Below, piece by piece: positions 19,900-30,670 of a stretch of 64,000 bases of DNA. The notes beneath the pieces were generated by a model that saw only the letters and a program-made list of their open reading frames with translations, did no database searches and had not been told where the DNA came from. The number at the start of each line of letters is the position of its first letter. Position 1 is the first letter of the stretch. The stretch spans positions 1 to 64,000 of the forward strand of contig JAKMXF010000300.1 in NCBI GenBank assembly GCA_024704765.1, read 5' to 3'. The stretch is from Oopsacas minuta. Its lineage: Eukaryota; Animalia; Porifera. Position numbers and translations under genes: made by a program.

Positions 19900-21009
19900 T
19901 TAGAGAGGACATTTTCTATAAGCAATATTTGGCCCATATTCATTATATTCTTTATTGCTAATCATTAACTTTTCGAAATTAAAAGACTCAGCGAATTTAC
20001 TGCCTCCAATCCACGTAGTGTATTTTCTGTTAGGAGGAGCTATAATATTTGTACTTATTTCTGGAGCTATAAGTTCAGTAAACTCCTTCAGAAATCTTGT
20101 TTCAAATCCGGGAAACATCGTACAACCACCGGACAGTACAATTTTATTACACAAATCTTTGTGAGTTGATTCCTTACAACTTTTGAGACTTTCCATAGCT
20201 AGTTGATGCAATCCAAGCAATTCAGATCCCAATATCTGAGGATTGAAGATCGGTTCCATACACTGAGTGTACAAACTAACATTTTCATTATCTGTTTTGT
20301 TGTGGTGGATATAAGCAAGCTCAGGATACAGTGTATCATATTCTTTGTATCTCACATGTGTTTTCATTGATTCTACAACTTCTCTGCTAGTTGACTCAAT
20401 AGCGATTTCTTGTAACAGCTGAGTTAACCTGTCTGTGCAGGCATCTCCAGCCCAATTCTGCCTGACTATAGATTTAACCAAAACCTCACCATTATGTACA
20501 GGTACTATTGATGTTACTCCACAACCACAATCTATGAATAACCCAGAAGATTTTCCCAAAGCATAAGAGTTGAGAACACCTGGGATACCAAAGTATACGC
20601 CTGGAATGTTGAATGTCTCCATTGCTATCTGGAGAATATCTTCTCTATTCTTTTTAGGATTAAAAGGATGCTCAGTTATGAGCAACGGATGATCTTCAGG
20701 CGCGACTGTAAGTTCGTTATAACACGCATGATGTAATACCTTCTCAAACAAATACAAATCTTGAATTATTCCGTTTAAAATTGGTCGAATCATTTCTAAT
20801 CCACCTCGTTTGCACTGTGCCTCATCTCCAACGAAATACTCTCTCACTGGCATACCAATCATTACGTTATTTGATGAAAGAGTTTTCCCTACAATGTTTG
20901 GGAAAACAGTTCTAGGATTATCGTCTCCACTAAATCCGTATTTTATCATGTCAGATCCAAGGTCTAGTACAAGAGCCTGGACCTCATCGAATGAGTCATT
21001 ATCTGCCAT
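19900..21009 (-). CDS. Divergent actin-like protein (369 aa)
   Basis: Actin fold motifs (GDD.PR.VFP.IVG, VGDEAQ.KRG, ELTVAPEDHP.L.TE.P.NPK.NRE, VLSGG.TMFPG, IIAPPNRKY..WIGGS, RKC) with nucleotide-site substitutions. Likely start is the ATG at 21009. Confidence 0.9.
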   Translation of the reverse strand: MADNDSFDEVQALVLDLGSDMIKYGFSGDDNPRTVFPNIVGKTLSSNNVMIGMPVREYFVGDEAQCKRGGLEMIRPILNGIIQDLYLFEKVLHHACYNELTVAPEDHPLLITEHPFNPKKNREDILQIAMETFNIPGVYFGIPGVLNSYALGKSSGLFIDCGCGVTSIVPVHNGEVLVKSIVRQNWAGDACTDRLTQLLQEIAIESTSREVVESMKTHVRYKEYDTLYPELAYIHHNKTDNENVSLYTQCMEPIFNPQILGSELLGLHQLAMESLKSCKESTHKDLCNKIVLSGGCTMFPGFETRFLKEFTELIAPEISTNIIAPPNRKYTTWIGGSKFAESFNFEKLMISNKEYNEYGPNIAYRKCPL

Positions 21010-21647
21010 TTTGTCCTTGAATTGACTAAAATACAAATTGTAAAACTAGGGATGAAAAGAATATTCGAAATCCTGATTGGTGACGAACCAAGGTCTTCAA
21101 TGCAATACATGGTCAAAATTCAATATATTGAAGCATCTTGTGAATACATCACCAAGAAATGAGTTTAAATACTTGTATTTGACCGTTGACGAAACAATTT
21201 GTGGCGGAAAATTCGTCACCGGACATTTTGTCGCATGGACAATTCGTCGCCAGAATGTTAGAGAATATAACAATTATTGAATGAGGTGTTATAGAAATAG
21301 GAAAAATTTATTGAGATAGATGTTAAATATGTGATATCAACTTTTCATAAAAGATGGTTAATCCCGCAGCATCATCAATCTCAATTTAATATAATAAAAA
21401 ATATATTCAAAATAATGATAATCCATTTTCAATTGAAATATAAACAAGTTCATCACTATATATATGCACATTTACAAAAATAAAACAAACAAAAAATACA
21501 TAGTAAAAGTAGCAAATTAATCTGTAAGTATAAAGATAGTAAATCCTGTACAATGTTTTGACGACGATATAAAACAGAGAATTGAACCAACATAACAAAA
21601 TTTGTATATGTAAGGTTTGTAGAGGTGTTGAATTGAAGATACAGCAA

Positions 21648-23519
21648 CTAATGCAGTGGATGCTGATACGAGTAGTTTCCGATAGGATTAGCCTGTAGGT
21701 TATCTGTACGATATATCTCTTCTGATAATTGAGTTTTTATTATAGGTTTTGAATACGAATCGAGAGATAAGTCGGATTTGCTATCAAATGGTAGGATACC
21801 TGTGTAATCACGTGGTGGTATCATGCCAGGATTATCCGGTATATCATTGAGAGAAGACGTAGATTCGAGTGTTTGGTGAAATGTCTGTGAGTTGACAGAT
21901 AGTGGAGTTTCGGAGTAATCAGGGCTACAAGGTTGATTCAGTTGATCTTCTCGTCTTTTGAAGCAAGCAGCTCTTAGATTCACATTTCTTAACCTTGCTT
22001 CACCCTCTAGTGTGTGTATCACTGATAGTGCTTGTTGTAGAATGGTTAGTTTGGTTTGAGCACGTTCATTAGTATGGTTAGCACAGATATCTCCTAATTC
22101 TCTAAATGCATAATTAATATCACGTACTCTAACACGCTCTCTCTCATTATTCGCTTTCCGTCTCTGCTGCTCTTTCTTTAGCTTCTCGCTGATTTCGTCA
22201 TCAGTGAGTTCTGAGCGTTTAAGAGTGGAGGAAGGAGACAAGTTGCCCTCTGAGCCACAATACGAATCCTGGCTTGATTTAAGTTCATTATAGATTACTT
22301 GAGTTTGTGAGTTTGAGAACTCTGAGAGATTTGAAAGTTTAAACTTAAGCTGTTCCTGAGCTATTACAAGTTTGCTATCAGCACTCAAATCTGAATTATC
22401 CCCGTCTTTCCCTTCATCTTGTTCAATATACTTACTCAGTACCTGTAGAGCCTCATCAAGTTCTTCATCATGTTCTGCTACTTTATCTAGACTTTGCCCA
22501 GTCAATTGGAAGTTAACAGGTACGTGAGTAGGGAATATAGGTTTATAATGTACAGGGTTCGGTGTGTAGTGTAGTGAGCTTGTACTCTGGGTGAGATTAG
22601 GACGAGAATTGAGTAAGGATTGGGATGGGAGAGATTCTCTACGGACTGAATACTCGGAGAGAGGACTGTTTGTAGGATGCAGGAGGTCTTCACAGCTCCT
22701 GTGTAGAGGCAGGAGAGATGGTGTAGAGGGTTCAGATGATATCGCGTGATATGTGACAGGTAGTCCATGTCCTGTCATTTCACCTTTCTGCATGCGTAGC
22801 TGTGTAGCCGATGGTTCTATGGGATTTGTTGGGTAGAGCTGAGCTGGTAGACTAGCTTTAGAAGTGTGAGGATTCCACGGTGGAGTATGGGATTGAGAAA
22901 TTGGTAGAGAATTGGTTAAACTCGTGTATGCATTTCCTGTATTGCCAGACATGCCTGAATATGATTGTTCTAGAGGAGAGGGTCGAGTGAAATTGTCTCC
23001 CTGCACAGACCTCGGAGTGGATTCTTTGAAAGAACCTTCTCTCCGTATTTTGGTCGGAGATAGAATGTTTGTAGGCTCTGTAGCATTCTCCTGTATAGGT
23101 GGATATATGTTACGCTCCCAGTTGCAAGCAATCGTTGGATTTGTGAGTGTTTCAGTGCAGCTACCACTGCGTTTTATGATACGGGAAGGAGCCGGGTGTT
23201 CTAAACAATTACTACTGAGTGATTGTGTACGAGGATTTGAAGGTTTCTTTCTTCTGAAAATATAAATCTTTTTCTCTGGTGCAGAGAGAGAGTGTGATAA
23301 CGGTTTATGAGGGGTGTTTGATATGTTGATTGGTTCCTGTTGTATGTTCCAATCTGTAGGGAGATGTTTTGGGTCTTGGTGCATTGGATCAATAATTGCG
23401 TGTTTAGAATGATCTAACGGTAAATGTCCGATAATCGCGAAAGGAGGAGAAATCTGATTTTGAGGCTTTTGCGGGGATGTCAAGTAGGATTTTGGATAAA
23501 TATTGGCCCCGGGAAACAT
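21648..23519 (-). CDS. TCF3/4/12: Class A bHLH E-protein (daughterless/E2A/HEB/TCF4 orthologue), 623 aa, intronless
   Basis: RRKANNERERVRVRDINYAFRELG..C..H....QTKLTILQQA..VI..LE...R.RN.N.RAAC.KRRE. Confidence 0.93.
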   Translation of the reverse strand: MFPGANIYPKSYLTSPQKPQNQISPPFAIIGHLPLDHSKHAIIDPMHQDPKHLPTDWNIQQEPINISNTPHKPLSHSLSAPEKKIYIFRRKKPSNPRTQSLSSNCLEHPAPSRIIKRSGSCTETLTNPTIACNWERNIYPPIQENATEPTNILSPTKIRREGSFKESTPRSVQGDNFTRPSPLEQSYSGMSGNTGNAYTSLTNSLPISQSHTPPWNPHTSKASLPAQLYPTNPIEPSATQLRMQKGEMTGHGLPVTYHAISSEPSTPSLLPLHRSCEDLLHPTNSPLSEYSVRRESLPSQSLLNSRPNLTQSTSSLHYTPNPVHYKPIFPTHVPVNFQLTGQSLDKVAEHDEELDEALQVLSKYIEQDEGKDGDNSDLSADSKLVIAQEQLKFKLSNLSEFSNSQTQVIYNELKSSQDSYCGSEGNLSPSSTLKRSELTDDEISEKLKKEQQRRKANNERERVRVRDINYAFRELGDICANHTNERAQTKLTILQQALSVIHTLEGEARLRNVNLRAACFKRREDQLNQPCSPDYSETPLSVNSQTFHQTLESTSSLNDIPDNPGMIPPRDYTGILPFDSKSDLSLDSYSKPIIKTQLSEEIYRTDNLQANPIGNYSYQHPLH

Positions 23520-26500
23520 TATGAAATCTATCTAATAACAAAAATAGTAAAGTTATTTATAAGCAGGAGGGCGAGCTGATTAGAAGGAATGTTTTTCGAT
23601 TAGCATAAATAACATAGACAGTCCATGATTTGTGTATAAATTCAATCTGTCCCATTTAATACCCTACCGATTTGATTAAAAGTCTAGCCAATACAAACTT
23701 ACGAATAAATTTGAATAATTTTAGCAACAGAAACAACTCTCGCCTACGAAATTTAAGGCAATTTTGTAATTAATAACTAATTATAACTAATAGGCTCATA
23801 ACTTATGCATATTTATACGATACACCCTTGGATAATTAAATTTTGTGTACAACGTGGAATTTGACGGAAAATAAATAGTCTGCAACAACTACAAAGGTTG
23901 AAAGTTCAATAAGTTTGTGGCACGAAAGGATTTCTGAAATGTTTGATTTTGTCTAATAGCAGAATGTAAATAGTAATTGTAGATGTGGTGATTTAGACTA
24001 AATAATTACTGTCGAATTGCGAAATGTCACCCACCAACAATTGTGGAAAATGTGTGGTGGATGTGTCTAGCAAAGGATCATTATGATTGAGAAGAATTGT
24101 ACGGAATATTGCATATTGTTTTCAAAATATAATCAGTGTTTGAAACTTTTGAACTTAGAATATGCTAGCAAATAAAATTATTGGTGAAATGCAAATCACC
24201 AAAAGTGAAACATAATAAGGAAATTAAATTAGAAAATTCAAATCTCCGTCTGTGGAGGCTTAAACTTCACCAAATACTTTTCAGTGGATTATTGAAGCTA
24301 AATATTCTAATAAATTTGCATTTTTAACAAAAAATTCAATTTTGTATATAAATAACCATGCTATACATTTGAAAGTGTCAGAATCGAATTCTATGCCCCG
24401 TCATATTCATGTGTTGTGAAGTTGTATAATATTAGATATTTTAAGTCTTGCGTGGCACGAACTCAGAGATTAATCAAAATACATTTCTTGAAATGTACAA
24501 TCATTTATAAATATCTCTGAATTGTGCAATAGAGAATATAAATTTACCAATATTTTATGAATAGAATATTGGGGGTATTTTACAGTGAAAATATTAGAAT
24601 AATTAACCTAAAACTGGTTTGGGAGATTGTATTTAACATGGCCAGATCAAAGGATAAAAGAGGTCGAATATTAAAGTAATGTTTGGTTAATTAGCATTTA
24701 ATAGTTCACAAATAAATCACATAACTACAGTTTAACATATATAATTGTATAGAATATTCTTACCTTTATTCGTGGAGGAAATTAAAATACGACCAAAAAA
24801 TGTTCTTCTATACATTCATTAAAATCGATCTTTTATAGTCAGTCTGTATATCCAAATTCAGAATAATGCAAATAATACTGAATTAATGTAGTGTAGGATT
24901 TTTCCATCTATTTGATACCTAATCTTTTATGTAAACGAATAAACAACTATTGTAACACAATTTTATTGCAGAGCTTTAATTAAATAATACAAAGTTGGCT
25001 CAGACGATACGATATATGAGAAGCTATGATCCAAAATGTCTCGTATTACTGTAACTTTCGCGATGATAGAAATATCGCAATTAAACTAAAGCTATTGAAT
25101 CATCCTAATAATTACATCCTATCCATAGCTAACGTGTAATTATTATAATTAGCTGCGATGAATAAATACAGTATTAAAAGTTCAACTATTTCTAATCTGC
25201 AAAATCGCAAATAATTCAATGATAATGATTAAATAATTCTGTATAGCGAGTAGGAAGTGTGAATCTAAACTGGCTTATGAATATATAAGAGTAGCTTCTG
25301 AATTTAAACAATTGAGTTTTACTGTTAACTAACATAAACAATAGTCGGGGATTAATTCAATGTCAGTTTAAAGGAATTTGAGTCGATCGTAATCAAATTT
25401 TTAATACACAGAACTTTCGTCACAAATATCCCGCCGGAGTAATATTGTCATTTTAGCTTCGAACGACAAATTTTTCGTTACGCATCTAAAGTCGTTTGGT
25501 TATGCTTTGAAACAAATTTAAACACTGCACTTACAAACATGCTAAATCAACAGAAATTGCGCTTTCCTCACTTACAGGACAACCGCGATTTAATTGAAAT
25601 CAACTTAAAATATCATTAATAGCCTCCGGGAAATGTATTTTTTCTCTTTCGATCGGGCTATCAATTAAATTGGGGAAGAATTTACTGACTAAGTAACTTA
25701 GAATATTACTAATCTTGCTTCTGGAGTTGTCTATCAAATGTCTAAATATGACAAAACAGCTGCCCAACAAAATTCATTTTGTACAAACACGCAAGGGTAA
25801 CAGAATTTCGCCCGTAACTTCCTGAAATATAACTACAACATACCTGATGAATAAAATATAAACTATAGATAAGACAGGGCGGTAAATTATAGAAATAATA
25901 CAAAAAGAGCCATTTCATGTTTGTTATAGAGATACCAAATACGAGGTGTATCTCACAAAATGACTATTGTGACGTTTAATAACTTCCTATTGTTATTCTG
26001 AAATTCCACATAACAAATTAACATAGGAATTATTGGATATTAAAAACCTTAAAATTGTAAATGTGGAAATATATTCTATTTCGAATTCTCTGGCATGTTC
26101 TAAATATAATCATATTATAAAATTATAGAAATAAGGTATCAAAACAATCAGCTGTGTTAGGTATTCATTCTCGATTGTGGAAATCTTCCTCTCTCAAGGA
26201 AGATCTCACAATCGATTCCAGGTTAATTCGAAATCTGAGTTATTCCAACATTGTTAATCTTAAATGTGAAAATTAAAATCTTGTAGAAATTATTCTAACA
26301 TTAAAACACATTAAAAAGACAGTAAAACAATCCAATCAATCTTTCTATCATCAATACTACAGGGCATTCGGTTTGAATACATACTTGGAAATATCCAGCA
26401 TACAGTATTCATATTTTGTATACAAATTTAATTGTATTTGTATCATACTACAAAGAATCCAGTAACCATACTAAATCATGAATAATATCCCAGTAATCCC

Positions 26501-27019
26501 ACAATATATATATATACACATATAACTATTGAATGTAATAGTCAAATTTATTTGCATATTTTATTTAGAATTTACAGATAACTATCCTAACAGTTTAAGC
26601 TATTATAGTAATTAGCGATATATCAAGAATAGATATGAAGGGTTAAATGAATTAATATTATACTCTAGCAAATGATTCGTAATAATTGATTAGAACACTT
26701 CCTATTAAATATTATTCCATAAAATTTTAGTGTCATATATTAAATTACATTTTTCGTCGTAAAATTAGCATTTCTATGAGACATTTTAGAATTATCCTTT
26801 TTATCGATGGTCTATGTTTTTTCTACGTTCACATAGTTTTAATTCGTAATCAGAGAAGTTATCTCTTACCTAAAGTAAATATCGTATTTGTAATAGAATG
26901 ATTCTTCATTAATGGAAAGATATACTGTGTACTTTCAACTGCAACTTTAACAGAATTCTGAGGTAATCAAAGTAATCAGTTAACAATTATATATGCAATA
27001 TACAACCTCTATAAGCCAT

Positions 27020-27099
27020 CTATGGATGCCGTGGTGGTCCACAGGATGTTTTAAAAATTCGAATGGAAGGCCCGCGGTTAAAAAGGTTGAGAACTGCTG
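27020..27099. mobile_element. One end of a hAT-like MITE (remnant)
   Basis: Ends in GGTTGAGAACTGCTG (reverse complement CAGCAGTTCTCAACC), the typical hAT/Charlie TIR form. The other end was not found. Confidence 0.4.
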
Positions 27100-27294
27100 A
27101 CGTAAGTGGTAATACACATATTTCTCATCTCTGCCCTCCCAATTTATCCTCCGTCCGGAAATTTAGTTTTTGAGGAAAATTCTATTATCACAGATCATGC
27201 AATCTACATTATTGTATTGTTGAAATATTCATCTAATTTACTCCCAGAGATATAATATAACGAGACAAACGAAGGTTCAAATATTTACATAGTA

Positions 27295-27343
27295 CAGTAG
27301 AACTCGGATAAAGACGTACTAATGTCTTATCCAAGTTCTACTG
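27295..27343. mobile_element. 49-bp TIR-only derivative of the MITE at 1045-1298
   Basis: TA|CAGTAGAACTCGGATAAAGACGTACT...GTCTTATCCAAGTTCTACTG|TA. Confidence 0.85.
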
Positions 27344-27948
27344 TAATTGCTATGTCCTATACGAAATATAATAAATTATCAGCTGTCCCAGTTTAGGTGG
27401 CATCATCTAACTTAAATAACTATAAATGTCAGAATATATAGTGAAGTGCCGTTAGAACGAAATGTTCGGAACCTCGGGTCATTTTGTTAAGCAGAGTTTG
27501 TAATTGTAATAGTGGAAGTAAAATTCACTACTCGTAAGCTATAAGTAGAATTTAACCGCATGGTTATAACAAGTACGTATTCCGTGATTAATCTAGCTTG
27601 GTGAACAAAGGAATTAATGTGTCCATACAAGTAGATGGGTAACACTAAATTAGATGCTATTGAAATACTCAGACAAACGTATACTTTATGTGTGGAATAC
27701 TATAAGTATATACAGACTCGGAAAGATGAACAATGTTGAAACATTTGGTTGAGGAGTACTAAATACAAGGATATACAAATTATGTATCACACATGATATT
27801 CAGCATCCAATGTAGACATATTATCTATTAGATTAATCACCTCTATAATAATAACCATCAGACACAATACATCACCATAAATCCATTAAATAGATTGGCG
27901 AATGGCTACAGGATATACGTTAATATATTGAATTCAATACTGTATTAT

Positions 27949-28857
27949 TCAAGTTAGAACAAGAGAGTAACAGTACTCCAAGGAACTTACAATCAAACTT
28001 GAATTCCGTACAACAGCTACATTCCGAAATTTTTCAGACTTAGGTAAAATTCTATCTAATGTAATGAGAGAAATTTGTAAATTTCCGGTAGAAATGACAA
28101 ACAATACATTATTACTGCGACTGTCTGAAATTAAAATATCTCCATTTCCATCAGGACAGAATGTAATCGGAAAAGAGAGAAAATTGCTACAATTAATTCT
28201 AAATATAAACTCCCCTTCAAGAGAAAGTTTGATAATGTGACGAGGCGATTGAGATAGGAGAAATAGTTCATCATATTCGACGAATATGTCTACTAGACAA
28301 TTTGTGTACGGGATAACATCAATTTCCTGAAAACTATTCAAGTCTTTCTCAAATACAATAATGTGATGGCCAAATTCATCTATGAAATATATATTCTCTC
28401 TGGAGTCACAGGTTAAACCGAGTGGGCTCCACATTTGATCAATCCAAGTGTTAAATCTCACGCTTTTATCCGCAAAATCAGTGAAATATTCCAATGAATA
28501 ATCTTCTGTTACATAAATTGCATCTTTAATGAATAAAACATCAATGAGGGAGTTGAGTAATTGATTAGTGAATGTAGTTATGAAATCACCTCCTAAGGTA
28601 TATAGCTGTAATAGATTATCGTTAGTATTACAGAATAGAATTATATCCTCTGTTGGATTGATAGAAAAATGATAAGGGTCTACGAGCTTTGTGAATGATG
28701 TTGATTCTTCTCCAAAAATGAACTCTGTGACTGTCTTACCATTTCTAATTTGATTCCTCTGATCTTCCATCCTACTTTTCTTGTTCGCATTTTTAGACAA
28801 CCATAAATATTGTTCTTCAGAAGATAATGGATCATGTTTTGAGGAGTTATGAATCAT
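27949..28857 (-). CDS. NHL-repeat protein, 302 aa
   Basis: LVDPYHFSIN..IILFCNT..LLQLYTLGGDFIT; WSPLGLTCDSRENIYFIDEFGHHIIVF; FPITFCPDGNGDILISDSRSNNV. Confidence 0.82.
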   Translation of the reverse strand: MIHNSSKHDPLSSEEQYLWLSKNANKKSRMEDQRNQIRNGKTVTEFIFGEESTSFTKLVDPYHFSINPTEDIILFCNTNDNLLQLYTLGGDFITTFTNQLLNSLIDVLFIKDAIYVTEDYSLEYFTDFADKSVRFNTWIDQMWSPLGLTCDSRENIYFIDEFGHHIIVFEKDLNSFQEIDVIPYTNCLVDIFVEYDELFLLSQSPRHIIKLSLEGEFIFRINCSNFLSFPITFCPDGNGDILISDSRSNNVLFVISTGNLQISLITLDRILPKSEKFRNVAVVRNSSLIVSSLEYCYSLVLT

Positions 28858-29425
28858 TTAGAATTTAGAAATAAAGATAAAAAGCAGTAAACCAATTGAT
28901 CTAAAATTGAATACATTTGTACCCACATGGAATAAATGCTTGTCACATAAACTCTACGTAATAGAAATTGGGCCGAATAATAATAATAACTACAGTATTA
29001 ACAAATTTCACGATGTTTGCATTTTAATAATGGTCAGGTAAAACAGTATATCAAGCAAAAATGCCATATTTCTCTGAATTTGGTAGACAGTGGAACAGTA
29101 AAACACAACACCTGGTGGGTTCATTAAAATAGTGTCGGTTTATACAGGTTCCACTCTACTTTGATATAACAACCATGCGCTTATTCAGAGATTACGTTTA
29201 CATCAAACAATAGAATACGGGGTGTATAGCTATATTTATTTTCCTGTTAAATTTGGAGCATATGTATGTATGGATGTATTAATCTAGAATTCTATTCTGT
29301 AAAGGTATTGTGTGGTAGAAATGCCACTATTTCAAAGAAGATATTATATAATTGCTACAATAAATTGCTCATAAAAATATGCTGAAAATATAAATACGTA
29401 AAATACAATATTAAAATAAATAAAA

Positions 29426-30670
29426 TCAAATAATTACAATCGAATATTCTCCATCTTGAAGGGAACAAACTATTCTCTCATCCCTGGTTAATTCCACAGC
29501 AAATGGAGTCCCACACCCCCAATTAGAACAATTGAGAGAGATAACAAGTTTACCATCTTGTGACATCACAAGAATTGTACTTCTTTTTCTGTCACAAATC
29601 AAGAAGTTGAGGTTACTATCCACACAGAAACAAGAAACGGAATTAGAGAAAATATGACTGCGTTTTAGTACTTTTGTGAGCTTCCCTTCTTGAGAAAAAT
29701 ACTTTATAGTCCCATCCATTTCACTCACAAATATAAATTTATTCGCAGTTTTCACGCACAAAGGTTGTTCAAGAAGTCCCTTACCAAAAACTCTTTCTAA
29801 CATGAGATTTAGTGTCAATACAGATATACGATTATTTCCATACTCAACAACATATAGATATCCTCCCATCACTGCTATGCCAGCTAGAGATGAAAACTGA
29901 CCAGGATTAATTCCTTTCTTACATTTAGTTCTTTCTACTAACTTGAAATCGTTCAAATTGAATTTCAAAACCGCATTCAACTCAAAATCAGATACAAATA
30001 CAAAACCCCCAGTTCCACAAATTCCCCAAGGTTGTTTCAACTGTTTTCTGCCAAACTCAAATAAATACTTACCATTTAACGTCCATGCCTGTATTCTAGA
30101 ATTCTTACTGTCTGTTACCAAAATTCTATATTTATCCTCATCAATACAGAAACATCTTGGTTGGGAGAATTCTCCTTTTTTCTTCTCGTGTCTACCGAAT
30201 CTTATCTGTGGCTCTACAATACTCAGATAATTCCTTCCTGATTCAATATTTTTCGTAATTTTCTTATAGACTTGACCCAAGTTAGATAGACAACGATCAA
30301 ATTCATTCGAATCCCACAAATACCATATTTCCCTTAGCTTCAGAGAGAGATTATGCTCTTCTGTCTGGATGTTTGTGTCCAAATCTTGCAGTGCTTTTAC
30401 AAAACAATTATTTACTGTTTCAGATTCAACTTTAGCTAAGAGAGCTCTCATATCATTTCTTGATTGTTTCATCTTGAAGAGAGATTCATAATTATGTTTA
30501 TGATCATGTGAAAACTTATCACGTAGAAATTTCAACTCGTTTAAAAGATAATCTCTACGATTCATGAGTTTGATTATTACTCCCTCAAAACTAGTCTCAA
30601 TTTTCAATTCAATATCAGAGAAATATTGTGTTTCATCCCAAGCTTCATCTTCTCCAATATTCGAAGCCAT
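29426..30670 (-). CDS. Coiled-coil + NHL-repeat protein (TRIM-NHL-like C-terminal half, no RING/B-box)
   Basis: N-terminal coiled coil, then GEFSQPRCFCIDED..RILVTDSKNSRIQAWTLNGKYLFEFG..LKQPWGI, and others. Likely start is the ATG at 30670 (MASNIG). Confidence 0.88.
   Translation of the reverse strand: MASNIGEDEAWDETQYFSDIELKIETSFEGVIIKLMNRRDYLLNELKFLRDKFSHDHKHNYESLFKMKQSRNDMRALLAKVESETVNNCFVKALQDLDTNIQTEEHNLSLKLREIWYLWDSNEFDRCLSNLGQVYKKITKNIESGRNYLSIVEPQIRFGRHEKKKGEFSQPRCFCIDEDKYRILVTDSKNSRIQAWTLNGKYLFEFGRKQLKQPWGICGTGGFVFVSDFELNAVLKFNLNDFKLVERTKCKKGINPGQFSSLAGIAVMGGYLYVVEYGNNRISVLTLNLMLERVFGKGLLEQPLCVKTANKFIFVSEMDGTIKYFSQEGKLTKVLKRSHIFSNSVSCFCVDSNLNFLICDRKRSTILVMSQDGKLVISLNCSNWGCGTPFAVELTRDERIVCSLQDGEYSIVII

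Noticed and set aside
14331-23392. Antisense or overlapping ORFs (14331, 17166, 19398, 19955, 20810, 22502, 22912, 22970, 23201)
   Set aside because: Shadows of real genes on the other strand or frame.
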